Of a stretch of 64,000 bases of DNA, positions 47,247-56,833 are shown piece by piece. Positions within the stretch are counted from its first letter, which is position 1, and every line of letters starts with the position of its first letter. This DNA comes from a phage: sequence record PZ445447.1. The stretch is one strand, 5' to 3'. The notes beneath the pieces are model-generated. The model did no database searches. It was given only the letters and a program-made list of their open reading frames with translations, and was not told the DNA's origin. The position numbers were made by a program, and so were the translations under genes.

Positions 47247-47468
47247 TTAGTAAAACTGAAGAATGTCTTTTAAAGCGAAGTCACGATATTCGCCCTTGTC
47301 TACATCAAAGGCATGCATCAACCACTGCTCTTCTTTATGATACTCTGTAGAGCCAAACCATAAATTAGGCTCAGTAACGCAGCGATCTGCAACAACACCT
47401 TTACAGTTACGGTATTTCATCCTGATCAGGACTGAGTCGCAAGGATTGAATACCTTTTTCATCCCCAT
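47247..47468 (-). CDS. hypothetical protein
   Basis: 73 aa. Confidence 0.45.
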   Translation of the reverse strand: MGMKKVFNPCDSVLIRMKYRNCKGVVADRCVTEPNLWFGSTEYHKEEQWLMHAFDVDKGEYRDFALKDILQFY

Positions 47469-48012
47469 AGAAATCTCTCTCCTCAGTTTTCTTTATAAAC
47501 TCCTGCATGTAGAACTCAATAGCCTCATGCTTGGTGCACTCCGGATTAATGACAAGATTGAGATCTGATTCTGCTCGTGCAATGATCGTAGCTTTAGAGC
47601 ATCTCCTCAAGAACTTTGTCATATCATCTCTGTAGTTTTTGTGGAGCGGGAAGTCGCTGTAGTCTTTCTCCAAATAGTCAGCCATCCGGCGCAACGCCTC
47701 TGATAAACTGCAATCTGTATACTCGTTACAGTATTTCATCCAGTATTTAAGCACATACCCCTCAAAGGTATTAGTGCATTGAGACAAAACACCCCTGCAA
47801 CGACCAGTCAGATGATCATGATCTAAACAAGGCTTACGAAGTGGCTCGCACAAGATTGGATCAAGACCATCCTGCTCCTCTGACAATTCTTTTCGAAAGT
47901 TGGCTATGTCCTTAGAATCTTTTAACCACCCGTTATGAACGGGAGCTTTGACAGCTTTCTTTCTTATTTTACGCTTTGCGATAATCCCTCCAGATGCGCC
48001 CTGCCTATCCAA
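47407..48012 (-). CDS. Endo VII-like His-Me finger nuclease
   Basis: CLDHDHLTGRCRGVLSQCTNTFEG matches the endonuclease VII-type DHDH-x-TG-x2-RG-x-L-x2-CN core. Confidence 0.55.
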   Translation of the reverse strand: MDRQGASGGIIAKRKIRKKAVKAPVHNGWLKDSKDIANFRKELSEEQDGLDPILCEPLRKPCLDHDHLTGRCRGVLSQCTNTFEGYVLKYWMKYCNEYTDCSLSEALRRMADYLEKDYSDFPLHKNYRDDMTKFLRRCSKATIIARAESDLNLVINPECTKHEAIEFYMQEFIKKTEERDFYGDEKGIQSLRLSPDQDEIP

Positions 48013-48593
48013 TAAGCATCTGCAAGATCGGCCTTACCTTGTACCAAATTGATCCCATCTAGGAACCCAGGTTCAGATACTTCGCAGGCCTTAACCATCA
48101 ACTTTTTATCCATCGTAACAGGTTTCTTCACAGTATGCTCTTTACCTGTCCTTTTGTCAAGCTTTTTCTTCTCCTCAAAAGCAAGTTCCTCAGGAAGATG
48201 ACTACGAGCAAACTTTTTGGCAGTTGTTGGTGTCACTGTGTGGACCTTAAACAGGCCGTCATTTTCACAATCAGCTAAAGCATCCCAAAGCATAACTTCG
48301 AGACCGTAAAACAACCCAGCCAGTTCACGTGTGGCATCCCCGCGTGATCCAAAGGAAAGCCCTTCCATAACCACGGTGTCAACGTGGTGCGTGTGGATAT
48401 AATATCTGACCTGTTTGCAGATCCAGTCAATACGCTCAGCAGCTGTTGCAAAAGAAACCGTCCCTGGTTTCTTCTCTTTTGCAGATGAGCTTTGAGTTCG
48501 TAACACAACCTTGTGAACAGGCTTTCCATCGTCCCATACAACGCAAGCTGTGTGTGTCAACGACTGGTCTATGGATAATAGACGCTCTCTCAT
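47964..48593 (-). CDS. RuvC-like (RNase H-fold) resolvase/nuclease
   Basis: N-terminal LSIDQSLTHTACVVW (Asp in first strand), VVMEG and DLADAYWIG acidic residues consistent with RuvC-fold; not verified. Confidence 0.5.
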   Translation of the reverse strand: MRERLLSIDQSLTHTACVVWDDGKPVHKVVLRTQSSSAKEKKPGTVSFATAAERIDWICKQVRYYIHTHHVDTVVMEGLSFGSRGDATRELAGLFYGLEVMLWDALADCENDGLFKVHTVTPTTAKKFARSHLPEELAFEEKKKLDKRTGKEHTVKKPVTMDKKLMVKACEVSEPGFLDGINLVQGKADLADAYWIGRAHLEGLSQSVK

Positions 48594-48925
48594 GCTTCCT
48601 CATCCTCCTCTCCTTCATCAGGAGCATAAGCCTTATCTTTGAACAGGACGAGAGAGCAAAGCTTAACATCTGTTTCCACACTGGTGAACATGCATAACCG
48701 CTCACCCTCAATCAGCTCACAATCCTCTTTTAAAACAGCAGACCATACACGGTCATCTGCGTAATCATCCGTGTACAGGATGTATGAAATAGTGTCATCT
48801 TCATACAACCGCCACATACCTGTGGCAACAATAAATGTATTTTTTGTTTTAATGGTCCCTGTTGTATGATCATCCTCAAAAACAGCTTCCATAATTGCAT
48901 TATCTACAGAATTTTTAGTCATCAA
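48590..48925 (-). CDS. acidic hypothetical protein
   Basis: 111 aa, D/E-rich C-terminus. Confidence 0.5.
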   Translation of the reverse strand: MMTKNSVDNAIMEAVFEDDHTTGTIKTKNTFIVATGMWRLYEDDTISYILYTDDYADDRVWSAVLKEDCELIEGERLCMFTSVETDVKLCSLVLFKDKAYAPDEGEEDEEA

Positions 48926-50061
48926 ATTGCTCCAACATTTCTAAGAACGTTAACAAGTTTTGTTTGATCATTGAATGTTCGCTTCATATACAAACAGTCA
49001 AAAATTATACTCATCCATTGACCTACGGAAATTCTACGATCAACACCATTGAAGTCAGTATACTTAACAACACCTTTCGGGAACCACTTCTTGTACTGAT
49101 CAATAATAGCCACCCACATCTCCTTTGGAGTGCTGCACTGAGACAGTAGGTAGAATGCTGAGGCATCCCCGAACTTACCCTTACCGATAAGTCCTTGATA
49201 CGGCTTGATATTGTCAGCAGAGTCACCACACAGCATTTGGTATCCGAAGAACAGCATTCCGTAACCACCAACCTCTCCATTAGGCTTCATGAAGATGTTT
49301 CCCATACCGTTATCGATCAGCATAGGGGTTTCCCTTACAAAATCTCCCTTATCGTTTCGCATGGGATCGAACACAAGCCCCGGTAGTGTTCTTTGGTCCT
49401 TATCAATAGAGATAATAAACTTGTTGAACTTACCTGTTTTTTGGTAGTGGTTCCAACCTTCAAATTGCTGGATAGCTAACCAGTCGTCAGCCTCGATACC
49501 GTTGATCACTTGAGCATTATACTGCTTTTGGAGATACTGTCTTGCATCTCCAAGCAGCAGTGGTCGAAGAGTATTGTTACGGTTGGCTTTGTATCTTTCC
49601 GGCATGGGAAGATCTAGTCTGAAATTACCTGTGCCTCCAAGTACCCCCACGCACCGATCTTCCGGAATACCGAGATAATTAAGGACTGCATTAGCTTTAC
49701 ACTTAATTGTGTGCAAGCAGTTCTCTACAGGATCAGGGGTTTGGATATCCAAGACATCGAAATCTTCTCGTGTCCACGGAATAAACTCCTTGCCAGCCTT
49801 TTTACATGCAGCTTCACGGTTGGTATTCTCAGCTTTTAACCAACCACCAACGGTGTTCTTCTGCCGCCCCCAGAACTCTGTCCGTGTTTTAAACATCTTC
49901 TTACGTCCGGAGGCTTTGTGTGTTACCTCAATTGTCCTTTTTTCACAACTTGCTGCAGCTTGATATGCAACCTGATCGAAGTCATAATAAACTATAGCGT
50001 CAGGTTCAAGAAGATCAGCCAGACAATCTATGGACTCAATAAGTGGATATTCTCTACTCAA
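48922..50061 (-). CDS. FEN-family 5'-3' exonuclease / RNase H
   Basis: GIEADDWLA (EADD metal site) and H3TH-like CGDSADNIKPYQGLIGKGKFG. Confidence 0.7.
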   Translation of the reverse strand: MSREYPLIESIDCLADLLEPDAIVYYDFDQVAYQAAASCEKRTIEVTHKASGRKKMFKTRTEFWGRQKNTVGGWLKAENTNREAACKKAGKEFIPWTREDFDVLDIQTPDPVENCLHTIKCKANAVLNYLGIPEDRCVGVLGGTGNFRLDLPMPERYKANRNNTLRPLLLGDARQYLQKQYNAQVINGIEADDWLAIQQFEGWNHYQKTGKFNKFIISIDKDQRTLPGLVFDPMRNDKGDFVRETPMLIDNGMGNIFMKPNGEVGGYGMLFFGYQMLCGDSADNIKPYQGLIGKGKFGDASAFYLLSQCSTPKEMWVAIIDQYKKWFPKGVVKYTDFNGVDRRISVGQWMSIIFDCLYMKRTFNDQTKLVNVLRNVGAI

Positions 50062-50362
50062 AGACCCTCCTGTTAGTTATTCTGCAAGATGGTTGGATGC
50101 TGTAATGGAATGCATCATCACTTTCTGCAATAAGTGACTCAACATCCCAATACTTTTCAAAAAGGAACGGATTAGAACCCCAGTGATGAGTTATTTTCAT
50201 CAAGGAGTCTGGTATCAGATAACCAGAGATCTTAACTACATCGCCAGGTTGAATTGTGTTTTCATGAAGGTTGCTTGCCTTCTTCAGGATCATACCTTTA
50301 TGATTCTCGTTTGCATACAACTGGACAATATCTTTATCTTCAATAATAAAAATTTTAAGCAT
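50054..50362 (-). CDS. hypothetical protein
   Basis: 102 aa. Confidence 0.5.
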   Translation of the reverse strand: MLKIFIIEDKDIVQLYANENHKGMILKKASNLHENTIQPGDVVKISGYLIPDSLMKITHHWGSNPFLFEKYWDVESLIAESDDAFHYSIQPSCRITNRRVFE

Positions 50363-50421
50363 ATCTAGTTCTCCTGGTTTATAAATATCTGAACGATAAT
50401 ATCAGATTAATAACACTTTTG

Positions 50422-50715
50422 TCAAGACTTTTTAGTCTTTCTTGGAGAGCTTTTTGTTGATCTTTTCCTTTTGTGGTAGATTCCAAGTGCAGCGTTTTCT
50501 TGGGCGCACGTTTTAACAGTTCTCAGACAAGAACTTTCAGCTTTAGGCAGGTTTAACTCCCACCAACCAAGCCAGTAAAGTTCTGATTCAGACAACTGCT
50601 CAGATTCAGCCTTCCGATACAAGGCTTGCATACCTCTGATGATATCGTCCAGAGGTGTATCGAATACAAAAGCTGTCTTATCGAATTTCTCTTTTACAGG
50701 TCTCTTAGCCATCAA
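50422..50715 (-). CDS. hypothetical basic protein
   Basis: 97 aa, Lys/Ser-rich C-terminus. Confidence 0.45.
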   Translation of the reverse strand: MMAKRPVKEKFDKTAFVFDTPLDDIIRGMQALYRKAESEQLSESELYWLGWWELNLPKAESSCLRTVKTCAQENAALGIYHKRKRSTKSSPRKTKKS

Positions 50716-51220
50716 GGTAACCCTCTATCCACGAAAAGTCAGTCTTCCATTCTGGAACTTTACTAAGCTCACGCCACTCTGCAAAGCAGTCTCGGTAATA
50801 CGCCTCTGCCATACTCTTGGTGATCTTATTCACCTTAGCCAACTGATTAACTGCCTGAGCATACTTTCCACGGATATTTGCTAACCCAGGATGCACCGAT
50901 GTGTGACAATCCGGGCACAGTGCTATCAGTCCGACAAGCCGGATCACTCCCTCTTCGAAAGTGTAAAGTTCATGACACTCCACTGGGTGTTTGCTGCCTT
51001 TACCGCCGCACACCTCACAAGTGTAGTTGGCTTCTCTATAGCACTTCTTACGTATCTTATCCCACTCACTCTTCTTCACAGCGTTTCGGAGGTTATTATA
51101 CCAAGCTGTTTCTGGGATCAGTTGCACAATAAGCCTGCGTTCAGACTTCATTAAACGTCCGTCTTCCACGTGTTCTCCCTCATTCAAAGAAATGGGTGCG
51201 AGGGCAGGAACCTGCCTCAC
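50705..51220 (-). CDS. zinc-finger protein, possible HNH-like nuclease
   Basis: CEVCGG...HPVECHE...LCPDCH cysteine/histidine pattern; start probably the internal MKSERR (about 51151). Confidence 0.4.
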   Translation of the reverse strand: MRQVPALAPISLNEGEHVEDGRLMKSERRLIVQLIPETAWYNNLRNAVKKSEWDKIRKKCYREANYTCEVCGGKGSKHPVECHELYTFEEGVIRLVGLIALCPDCHTSVHPGLANIRGKYAQAVNQLAKVNKITKSMAEAYYRDCFAEWRELSKVPEWKTDFSWIEGYLDG

Positions 51221-51386
51221 CTTGTTTCACAAGCTCGTAGAGCTCACCTTGACTTGTCTCATAAAGGCAAATACGTTTACCATTGTCCCGATATACATCG
51301 ACAAGATACGCTGTTTCACCTGCAAACACGACACCACAGGACAGACATGCTACCATGAACAAAATTGCCAACAGAAAATCTTTCAT
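51180..51386 (-). CDS. small secreted protein or lipoprotein
   Basis: signal peptide MKDFLLAILFMVACLSCG with possible lipobox Cys; directly downstream of the endolysin gene. Confidence 0.5.
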   Translation of the reverse strand: MKDFLLAILFMVACLSCGVVFAGETAYLVDVYRDNGKRICLYETSQGELYELVKQGEAGSCPRTHFFE

Positions 51387-51449
51387 GGTTAAGCCCTCCT
51401 AAACATTTTATGAGGTAACAATACCACGTCCGTGTGGTTATGTCAATGA

Positions 51450-51920
51450 TCAATCAAGGACAACACCGCCTGCCTTTTTAAACACCTCGATCAACTTCTC
51501 GATCTTCTGTTCATGCTGACCATATCCAGCACCAGGTAACGAAGCCCAGCGGGAACGGCATTTATGGATAGCCTCGTGGATACGCCCTTCGTCAATGTCG
51601 GCGAGAGCCTTGCACTCACGGATCAGTTGCAACGCAATCTTGTCCTGACTGGCGGGGCCAAAATCTGGCAATCCTAACTGTTCCATGTAGTGTTTAGCAA
51701 ACTTCTCCAAAACCTGGTAACGACCAGCAGCGGAGGAGGTAAGTTTAGCATTTAGCTTAACGTACACACCTGGATGCTTGCTGTAATCGCTAAACAGCTT
51801 GCCACCAACTATGACATCGTATCCCCGATCCTTAGTGGGTTGCCTACCATTATCTGTGCCTTCCGAATATGCGATCATGTCCAAGAAAGCTTTTCGTTGA
51901 ACATTTTTATCAAGTTTCAT
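51450..51920 (-). CDS. endolysin, lambda R-like lytic transglycosylase
   Basis: QRKAFLDMIAYSEGTDNGRQ...GYDVIVGG...AGRYQ...WASLPGAGYGQ is near-collinear with lambda R (QRKAFLDMLAWSEGTDNGRQ...). Confidence 0.85.
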   Translation of the reverse strand: MKLDKNVQRKAFLDMIAYSEGTDNGRQPTKDRGYDVIVGGKLFSDYSKHPGVYVKLNAKLTSSAAGRYQVLEKFAKHYMEQLGLPDFGPASQDKIALQLIRECKALADIDEGRIHEAIHKCRSRWASLPGAGYGQHEQKIEKLIEVFKKAGGVVLD

Positions 51921-52043
51921 TTTTCATACTCTCCAGTTTACTCATAACTAACACGATCAACAACACTACACAGTGTGGTTATGTAGGTGCCGATTGAAAA
52001 CCATCATTCAATTGGCTACCGTTACCTACTGAACCTTCCTACA

Positions 52044-53327
52044 TCATTCAAGCACCTCCCAAGTGTCTGGGTTAACATTTCGGACGCAGATACCGACAGG
52101 GAATTGGTAGTTGTTGTCTTCTGTCCTTGCTTGGTATTTGAAGGTGACAAACTTGCCGATCATTTCCTGCATCCTGTCATAGCTACGCTCCTCGTGCGTG
52201 CCTTTCATCTTCATTTTAACAACAACACCTTCCTTGTCAACACAGATAAGAACACCTTCATCATTCTTATCTTTCTCAACGTCAATAACTTTCACCTCTG
52301 CGTCGTTGAACTTTTTCCATTTCAATGCTTCAGATGTTCGCTGACCATACTCATATTTACCGCAGAAATTACGCATGATAGTACCTTCATATCCTTCGGA
52401 CATGAATATACCAACAGATTCTTCGCAATGATCAACTGTGTACGCAAGCTCCGCGTCAACAACCTTGATATGATCAAGCATCAGAGTGGTAACGGTATCC
52501 TCTGCATCCATAAGATCCTTGCAGCGTCCAGACTCTGTTTCTGGATCCCACCACACCTTGTCGCTAGGAATATCAAAAATGTGATACTCCAGATCGTAGC
52601 TACAGTATCCACCGTAACGCAAATCATCACGAACAGGCTCAACATCGACAGGAATATCTACCTTGTTGAAGTTTTTGTATGTTGATAAGCCTGCCTTAAT
52701 TGCTGCATGACGGCGTTTTTTATCTGCCTCATAGTCTTTATCGATCTCGGCCTGAATCTCTTCCTGTGTGCGCCACCGTTTAGCAAGAGACACTATTTTC
52801 TGCAAAGGAAGACCATGAATGTATAGTTCCCCATCAAGTTGTTTAATCCCAGTGGTAGAATGGAAAGAACGAAGTTGCTCTAAAAGCTTTCCTTGAATAG
52901 GGTAGGACTTATTACCACGGGAAATAAATTTAGGCTCACCATTTTGGAAAACAACAAGCAGACGAAGGCCATCTAACTTACGCAAGATCCAGCAAGGTAA
53001 TTTAAGTGCCTTGCCACGCTTCAGGTAGTCATGCACCAGCATAGGTAAAAGATCAACACCCTGCTCGCAATCTTCCATGTTTTCAACATACCCCAGACGG
53101 ACTTGTTTTTCCCACTTGCTGATAGCCTCAAGCTCGGCCTGTTGCTCAGCTGTAGTCTCGTTGGCACGACCTACGTTTTTAGGTGTACATACCGTCTCTT
53201 TGTACTGCAATTTACCGTCAAGCTTGCCAAACTCTACGATAACCTTTTCGCCATCAGTGAATACTTTCCACTGTTGGTAGCTGCCATCTTTGTTCAGTGC
53301 GTACAGTGTTGTTTTGATTTGATGCAT
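52044..53327 (-). CDS. ATP-dependent DNA ligase
   Basis: nucleotidyltransferase motif I ILRKLDGLR (KxDGxR); 427 aa. Confidence 0.7.
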   Translation of the reverse strand: MHQIKTTLYALNKDGSYQQWKVFTDGEKVIVEFGKLDGKLQYKETVCTPKNVGRANETTAEQQAELEAISKWEKQVRLGYVENMEDCEQGVDLLPMLVHDYLKRGKALKLPCWILRKLDGLRLLVVFQNGEPKFISRGNKSYPIQGKLLEQLRSFHSTTGIKQLDGELYIHGLPLQKIVSLAKRWRTQEEIQAEIDKDYEADKKRRHAAIKAGLSTYKNFNKVDIPVDVEPVRDDLRYGGYCSYDLEYHIFDIPSDKVWWDPETESGRCKDLMDAEDTVTTLMLDHIKVVDAELAYTVDHCEESVGIFMSEGYEGTIMRNFCGKYEYGQRTSEALKWKKFNDAEVKVIDVEKDKNDEGVLICVDKEGVVVKMKMKGTHEERSYDRMQEMIGKFVTFKYQARTEDNNYQFPVGICVRNVNPDTWEVLE

Positions 53328-53596
53328 TACTCGGCCTCTTCCTTAAAAATTTTAAACATCTCTTCTTTACTCATTACCAACCAGTCTCCCATAAAGTCAA
53401 CTAACCAATCTCCCTGGTACAAAACCAAGTTGCCAAACGGCTCAACAAGCTCACACATGCGACGAATATCTCTGGTCCGAACAGGTGACGATGTAAACAC
53501 ACCTGTATCAATCCACCGTTGCAGATCAGATACTGATGAAGAGCTTCCATCAAACTGGTGTGCTTCTACAGGTTTAGCAAGATTAAATAACGGCAT
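53327..53596 (-). CDS. hypothetical protein
   Basis: 89 aa; coupled to ligase. Confidence 0.5.
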   Translation of the reverse strand: MPLFNLAKPVEAHQFDGSSSSVSDLQRWIDTGVFTSSPVRTRDIRRMCELVEPFGNLVLYQGDWLVDFMGDWLVMSKEEMFKIFKEEAE

Positions 53597-53891
53597 TGCA
53601 GTCCTCCTTCTGTAGTAGGTCTTTTATAGGATAAACAAGTAAGTGTGGATCGGAATAACGTATAGTCCTATTCTGCCACACTATGAACTTTATTACAACC
53701 AAATTTACAATATCTTTATCACCATGTAGCCCAACACACACATTTGTCCATATTTTGTGGTTGAAGATCTTGCTATCGATGTAGATTTTAGTGTCAAACT
53801 TATCTTCCATTCTACCTATAAGTTTGATCAGCTCCTTCATCTGGTCGCCAAACACAGCATCTTTTTCAAGATCTCTGGAATGCTTGTACAT
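53583..53891 (-). CDS. hypothetical protein
   Basis: 102 aa. Confidence 0.5.
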   Translation of the reverse strand: MYKHSRDLEKDAVFGDQMKELIKLIGRMEDKFDTKIYIDSKIFNHKIWTNVCVGLHGDKDIVNLVVIKFIVWQNRTIRYSDPHLLVYPIKDLLQKEDCNAVI

Positions 53892-53953
53892 AACTAACTA
53901 CCTCACTGCATACTTTCCATAATAAGTAAAGCCGGGTAATCCCGGCTATGTTG

Positions 53954-54667
53954 TTAAATATACTCTGTTACATCCTTGAAGCTCGAAGGCTTCATAATCT
54001 TACCTTTACTGTCAAGGAATATAATAACTTTATTACCGTTGTAGAACTCCTCTTTAGCAACGAAACCTTCGTAGCGACCACCAAAACGACGCTCAAGATC
54101 TTCAATCTCTAACTCTATGAGCAATTCAGTAGACATATCTGCACTGGCACCGTGAGAATATCGTAGATGGTTGATCCGTGCAAACTTGCTGTCATTAGAT
54201 TTGAGAACCTTCCGCATCATCCCACACACATCGCCGCGAAGCTGGAACAGCAAAGCTGTTGACAACTCCGCTAAGCGGTAAGCTGACGCTCTTTGCTTGG
54301 ATGTGTTTTTCGCAGCGATCAGTGTATCATAGAACTCACCGATCTTGAACTTAAGACCTCGTGGATTATCAAACAGGTTTGACCACTTTTCGTGATTATC
54401 ATTAACAAGATAAGCGGCATAACTTGTGACAACGTGAAGATCGCAGGCCTCTTTTAGCAGGTGATCTCCACCATCACCTTTCTCCAGCTCTTCCAAAACC
54501 TCATTGAACTCTTCCTCAATGAAGCTAAGCTGTAATTCGAATGGTGTGTATGATTTTTTCACTTTAGCTGCCACACGGTTCCAGTTTTCCACCCAGTTGG
54601 CAGACCAAAGGTAGTTTTCAGGCTGAGACAGTTTTTCCAGGTTGTCGATCAGTTTAGTATTCAGCAT
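53954..54667 (-). CDS. hypothetical protein, possible MazG-like NTP pyrophosphohydrolase domain
   Basis: EEEFNEVLEELEKGDGGDHLLKEACDLH loosely fits the MazG E-x2-E...E-x2-D metal-binding pattern; weak. Confidence 0.4.
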   Translation of the reverse strand: MLNTKLIDNLEKLSQPENYLWSANWVENWNRVAAKVKKSYTPFELQLSFIEEEFNEVLEELEKGDGGDHLLKEACDLHVVTSYAAYLVNDNHEKWSNLFDNPRGLKFKIGEFYDTLIAAKNTSKQRASAYRLAELSTALLFQLRGDVCGMMRKVLKSNDSKFARINHLRYSHGASADMSTELLIELEIEDLERRFGGRYEGFVAKEEFYNGNKVIIFLDSKGKIMKPSSFKDVTEYI

Positions 54668-54680
54668 TAAAGGTCTCCTT

Positions 54681-55442
54681 TTAAAGTTCCATAAAGTTTT
54701 CTACGGTCTCAATGAATGTTTTATCAGAGAAAGCGTCAACCGCCCCGTTAAACCAAACCGGGATGCCGCGATCCTCGTACTGGTAAATATCACTACGTGA
54801 AATGCCATTCTCCTCTAGATGCTGTGAGTCGTATTTGTTAACGATCAGCAGTTTGGTGCCCTTATTGCAGGCAGGGAATAGCTCCCAGTTAAAATTGATA
54901 ACTGTGTTGGAACACCCTACAAGGATAACCATATCATTGCTTGTAAGAGAAGTCAACAGGTCATACATGTCTGTATACTTCGGAGCTACTTCTCCGAAGA
55001 ACACCACATTAGGTTTAACCCAGGTATACTTTCCTGCATCTACCTCAGAGTATCCAATGTCCTTAATGACGTCACTTCCTTCATCGTCCTCATAGACTAT
55101 TTCTGGCAAATACCCGTGAACATGTAAAATATCTTCATGTTTTACACCAGCACGCTCCAGCAAATCATCTACATTGGTGGTAAGGTTGATCACACGACCA
55201 GACCAGCGGGAATACCACTCAGCGATCCGAAGATGTGCAAGGTTAGGCTCAACACCGCCTAGAGCTACACGACGTGCATTGTAAAAGTCATGCACCTTGT
55301 AGTAGTTCTTGGCAAAGGTGTGGATGTTGCACACCTCATCGATGCTGAAATTCTCCCACATTGCAGTGCTACCAGATCGGAAAGTGGGAATACCAGATTC
55401 AGCGCTCAAACCAGCACCGGAGATAATAATCAGTCGTCGCAT
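54681..55442 (-). CDS. Sir2-family NAD-dependent protein (sirtuin-like)
   Basis: NAD-binding signature ISGAGLSAESGIPTFRS, plus HG and VVFFGE; no canonical CxxC...CxxC zinc ribbon seen. Confidence 0.75.
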   Translation of the reverse strand: MRRLIIISGAGLSAESGIPTFRSGSTAMWENFSIDEVCNIHTFAKNYYKVHDFYNARRVALGGVEPNLAHLRIAEWYSRWSGRVINLTTNVDDLLERAGVKHEDILHVHGYLPEIVYEDDEGSDVIKDIGYSEVDAGKYTWVKPNVVFFGEVAPKYTDMYDLLTSLTSNDMVILVGCSNTVINFNWELFPACNKGTKLLIVNKYDSQHLEENGISRSDIYQYEDRGIPVWFNGAVDAFSDKTFIETVENFMEL

Positions 55443-55450
55443 AAGTGTCC

Positions 55451-55801
55451 TCAGTAGATGTTTTGTTTAATCTCTATTCCAAACTTTTTAAACGAGTCAG
55501 CTGCAAGCATGAATTTACGAGCCGCTGATGGGTTAGAAGTATGCACGAAAATCTTCACGTTGTCAACTACAGGGGGCTCACCAAATACAAATTTTTCCTC
55601 CAACATAGATAGGCAATCGTACCCTTCGAACAACTCTCCAAGGTCGTTGTCCATGTGCCACTCAGAAACGCGTCTGTAGAGCTTTCCCCTATCGTTAATA
55701 AAATCTATAAACTCGGAGGAATTCTTTAGCCAAATAGCGTCGGGGAGCCCATAATTTGACGGATCTCTCAAGTCATCCAGCCACACAATCAACTTCTTCA
55801 T
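55451..55801 (-). CDS. hypothetical protein
   Basis: 116 aa; coupled to the RNA ligase gene. Confidence 0.5.
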   Translation of the reverse strand: MKKLIVWLDDLRDPSNYGLPDAIWLKNSSEFIDFINDRGKLYRRVSEWHMDNDLGELFEGYDCLSMLEEKFVFGEPPVVDNVKIFVHTSNPSAARKFMLAADSFKKFGIEIKQNIY

Positions 55802-56733
55802 TGCATATAGTTCTCGTTGTGGAAATAGTAATCAAGTATCTCACGGCGTTCCTGCTCCAGGAGGCAGTTCCACACATCTTCTGTGTAATTGTTACGAATG
55901 AAGTTTACCATGCCGTAAAACTCTTCGTCAACACGTTTAAAGATATCATCATCCCAAATCTTCCAAGCTTTACCCCTCATTACGGCCTTTCGTGCCAGAT
56001 AGTATGGAGACTTGATCTTCAACTGCAGATCATAAGGGTAGTAAGGCTTACGAATCATATATCCTTCACCTCTTGTTTCTGCAGCTAACTCTTTTGCATA
56101 GCTGAACGGAATTTCACGCACAGTGTGAGGACGTTTTGCACCAAGGTATTTGGCAATCCCATCTAAAGCGGCTTCTGGTAGCATTATTCCAGAATCATTA
56201 TATCTGCAACCTATCAAATATGCGCCATGGTCTTCTTGAACAATATGCGGATCTGAAGGGTGACAAATTTCAAACATGAATGTCATGTTTTCATTGCCCA
56301 TAACCTTCTTGATAAGATCTAAATTACCACATTGCTCTTGGATGGTTTCCTTTGCAAGGTTACAATATGGAGAATCAAGAGACCCGGTTGTTGAGAACAA
56401 TAGGTCACCTTTATGAGATGATACCACACCAAGGAATCCGTTCTTTTTCTCTACCGCAGTCACAAGCTTATTGTCAGGCAGGTTGGTGGAGTTTTCTCCC
56501 AAGTTAAACACTTTTGTGAAGGGCCATGCCACAACATTTCCTTCATTACCGACAACAATGCCTCGGCACTCCAGTAATCGAGGAGACAAATGCCATAAGT
56601 TGTTGTAGAATACTTTTCTGGCATATTTATAGATCTTTAACCCAAGATCTGGGTAATATCTGCTGGTTACAAGACCTTTGTCAACTAGGTCGTCTGCATT
56701 AAAATACTTCATCATACGTTCCTCATTTGTCAT
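55798..56733 (-). CDS. RNA ligase (T4 Rnl1-like)
   Basis: WHLSPRLLECRGIVV...KVFNLGEN parallels T4 Rnl1 WLLPDALECRGIMF...KFFNLNEN; motif I VEKKNGFLGV (KxNG); FMFEICHP and LKIKSPYY blocks. Confidence 0.7.
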   Translation of the reverse strand: MTNEERMMKYFNADDLVDKGLVTSRYYPDLGLKIYKYARKVFYNNLWHLSPRLLECRGIVVGNEGNVVAWPFTKVFNLGENSTNLPDNKLVTAVEKKNGFLGVVSSHKGDLLFSTTGSLDSPYCNLAKETIQEQCGNLDLIKKVMGNENMTFMFEICHPSDPHIVQEDHGAYLIGCRYNDSGIMLPEAALDGIAKYLGAKRPHTVREIPFSYAKELAAETRGEGYMIRKPYYPYDLQLKIKSPYYLARKAVMRGKAWKIWDDDIFKRVDEEFYGMVNFIRNNYTEDVWNCLLEQERREILDYYFHNENYMQ

Positions 56734-56833
56734 TTTGTCCCTTTATCCTGCCACACAAATAACCTAGTGTCAACACTTGAAATTAACAAAACAGTTAGGT
56801 ATACTATCATCGAAATTAAAACGGAGGGTTACT

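Noticed and set aside
51180-51386. Interpretation of the endolysin-adjacent lipoprotein as an Rz1-type o-spanin
   Set aside because: No proline-rich periplasmic region, no overlapping or adjacent TM plus coiled-coil partner; a separate, better spanin pair exists at 61977-62659.
51987-53615. Plus-strand ORFs 51987-52685 (232 aa) and 53103-53615 (170 aa)
   Set aside because: Both are antisense to the DNA ligase gene and its neighbour, which carry clear motifs; their translations are hydrophobic and low-complexity.
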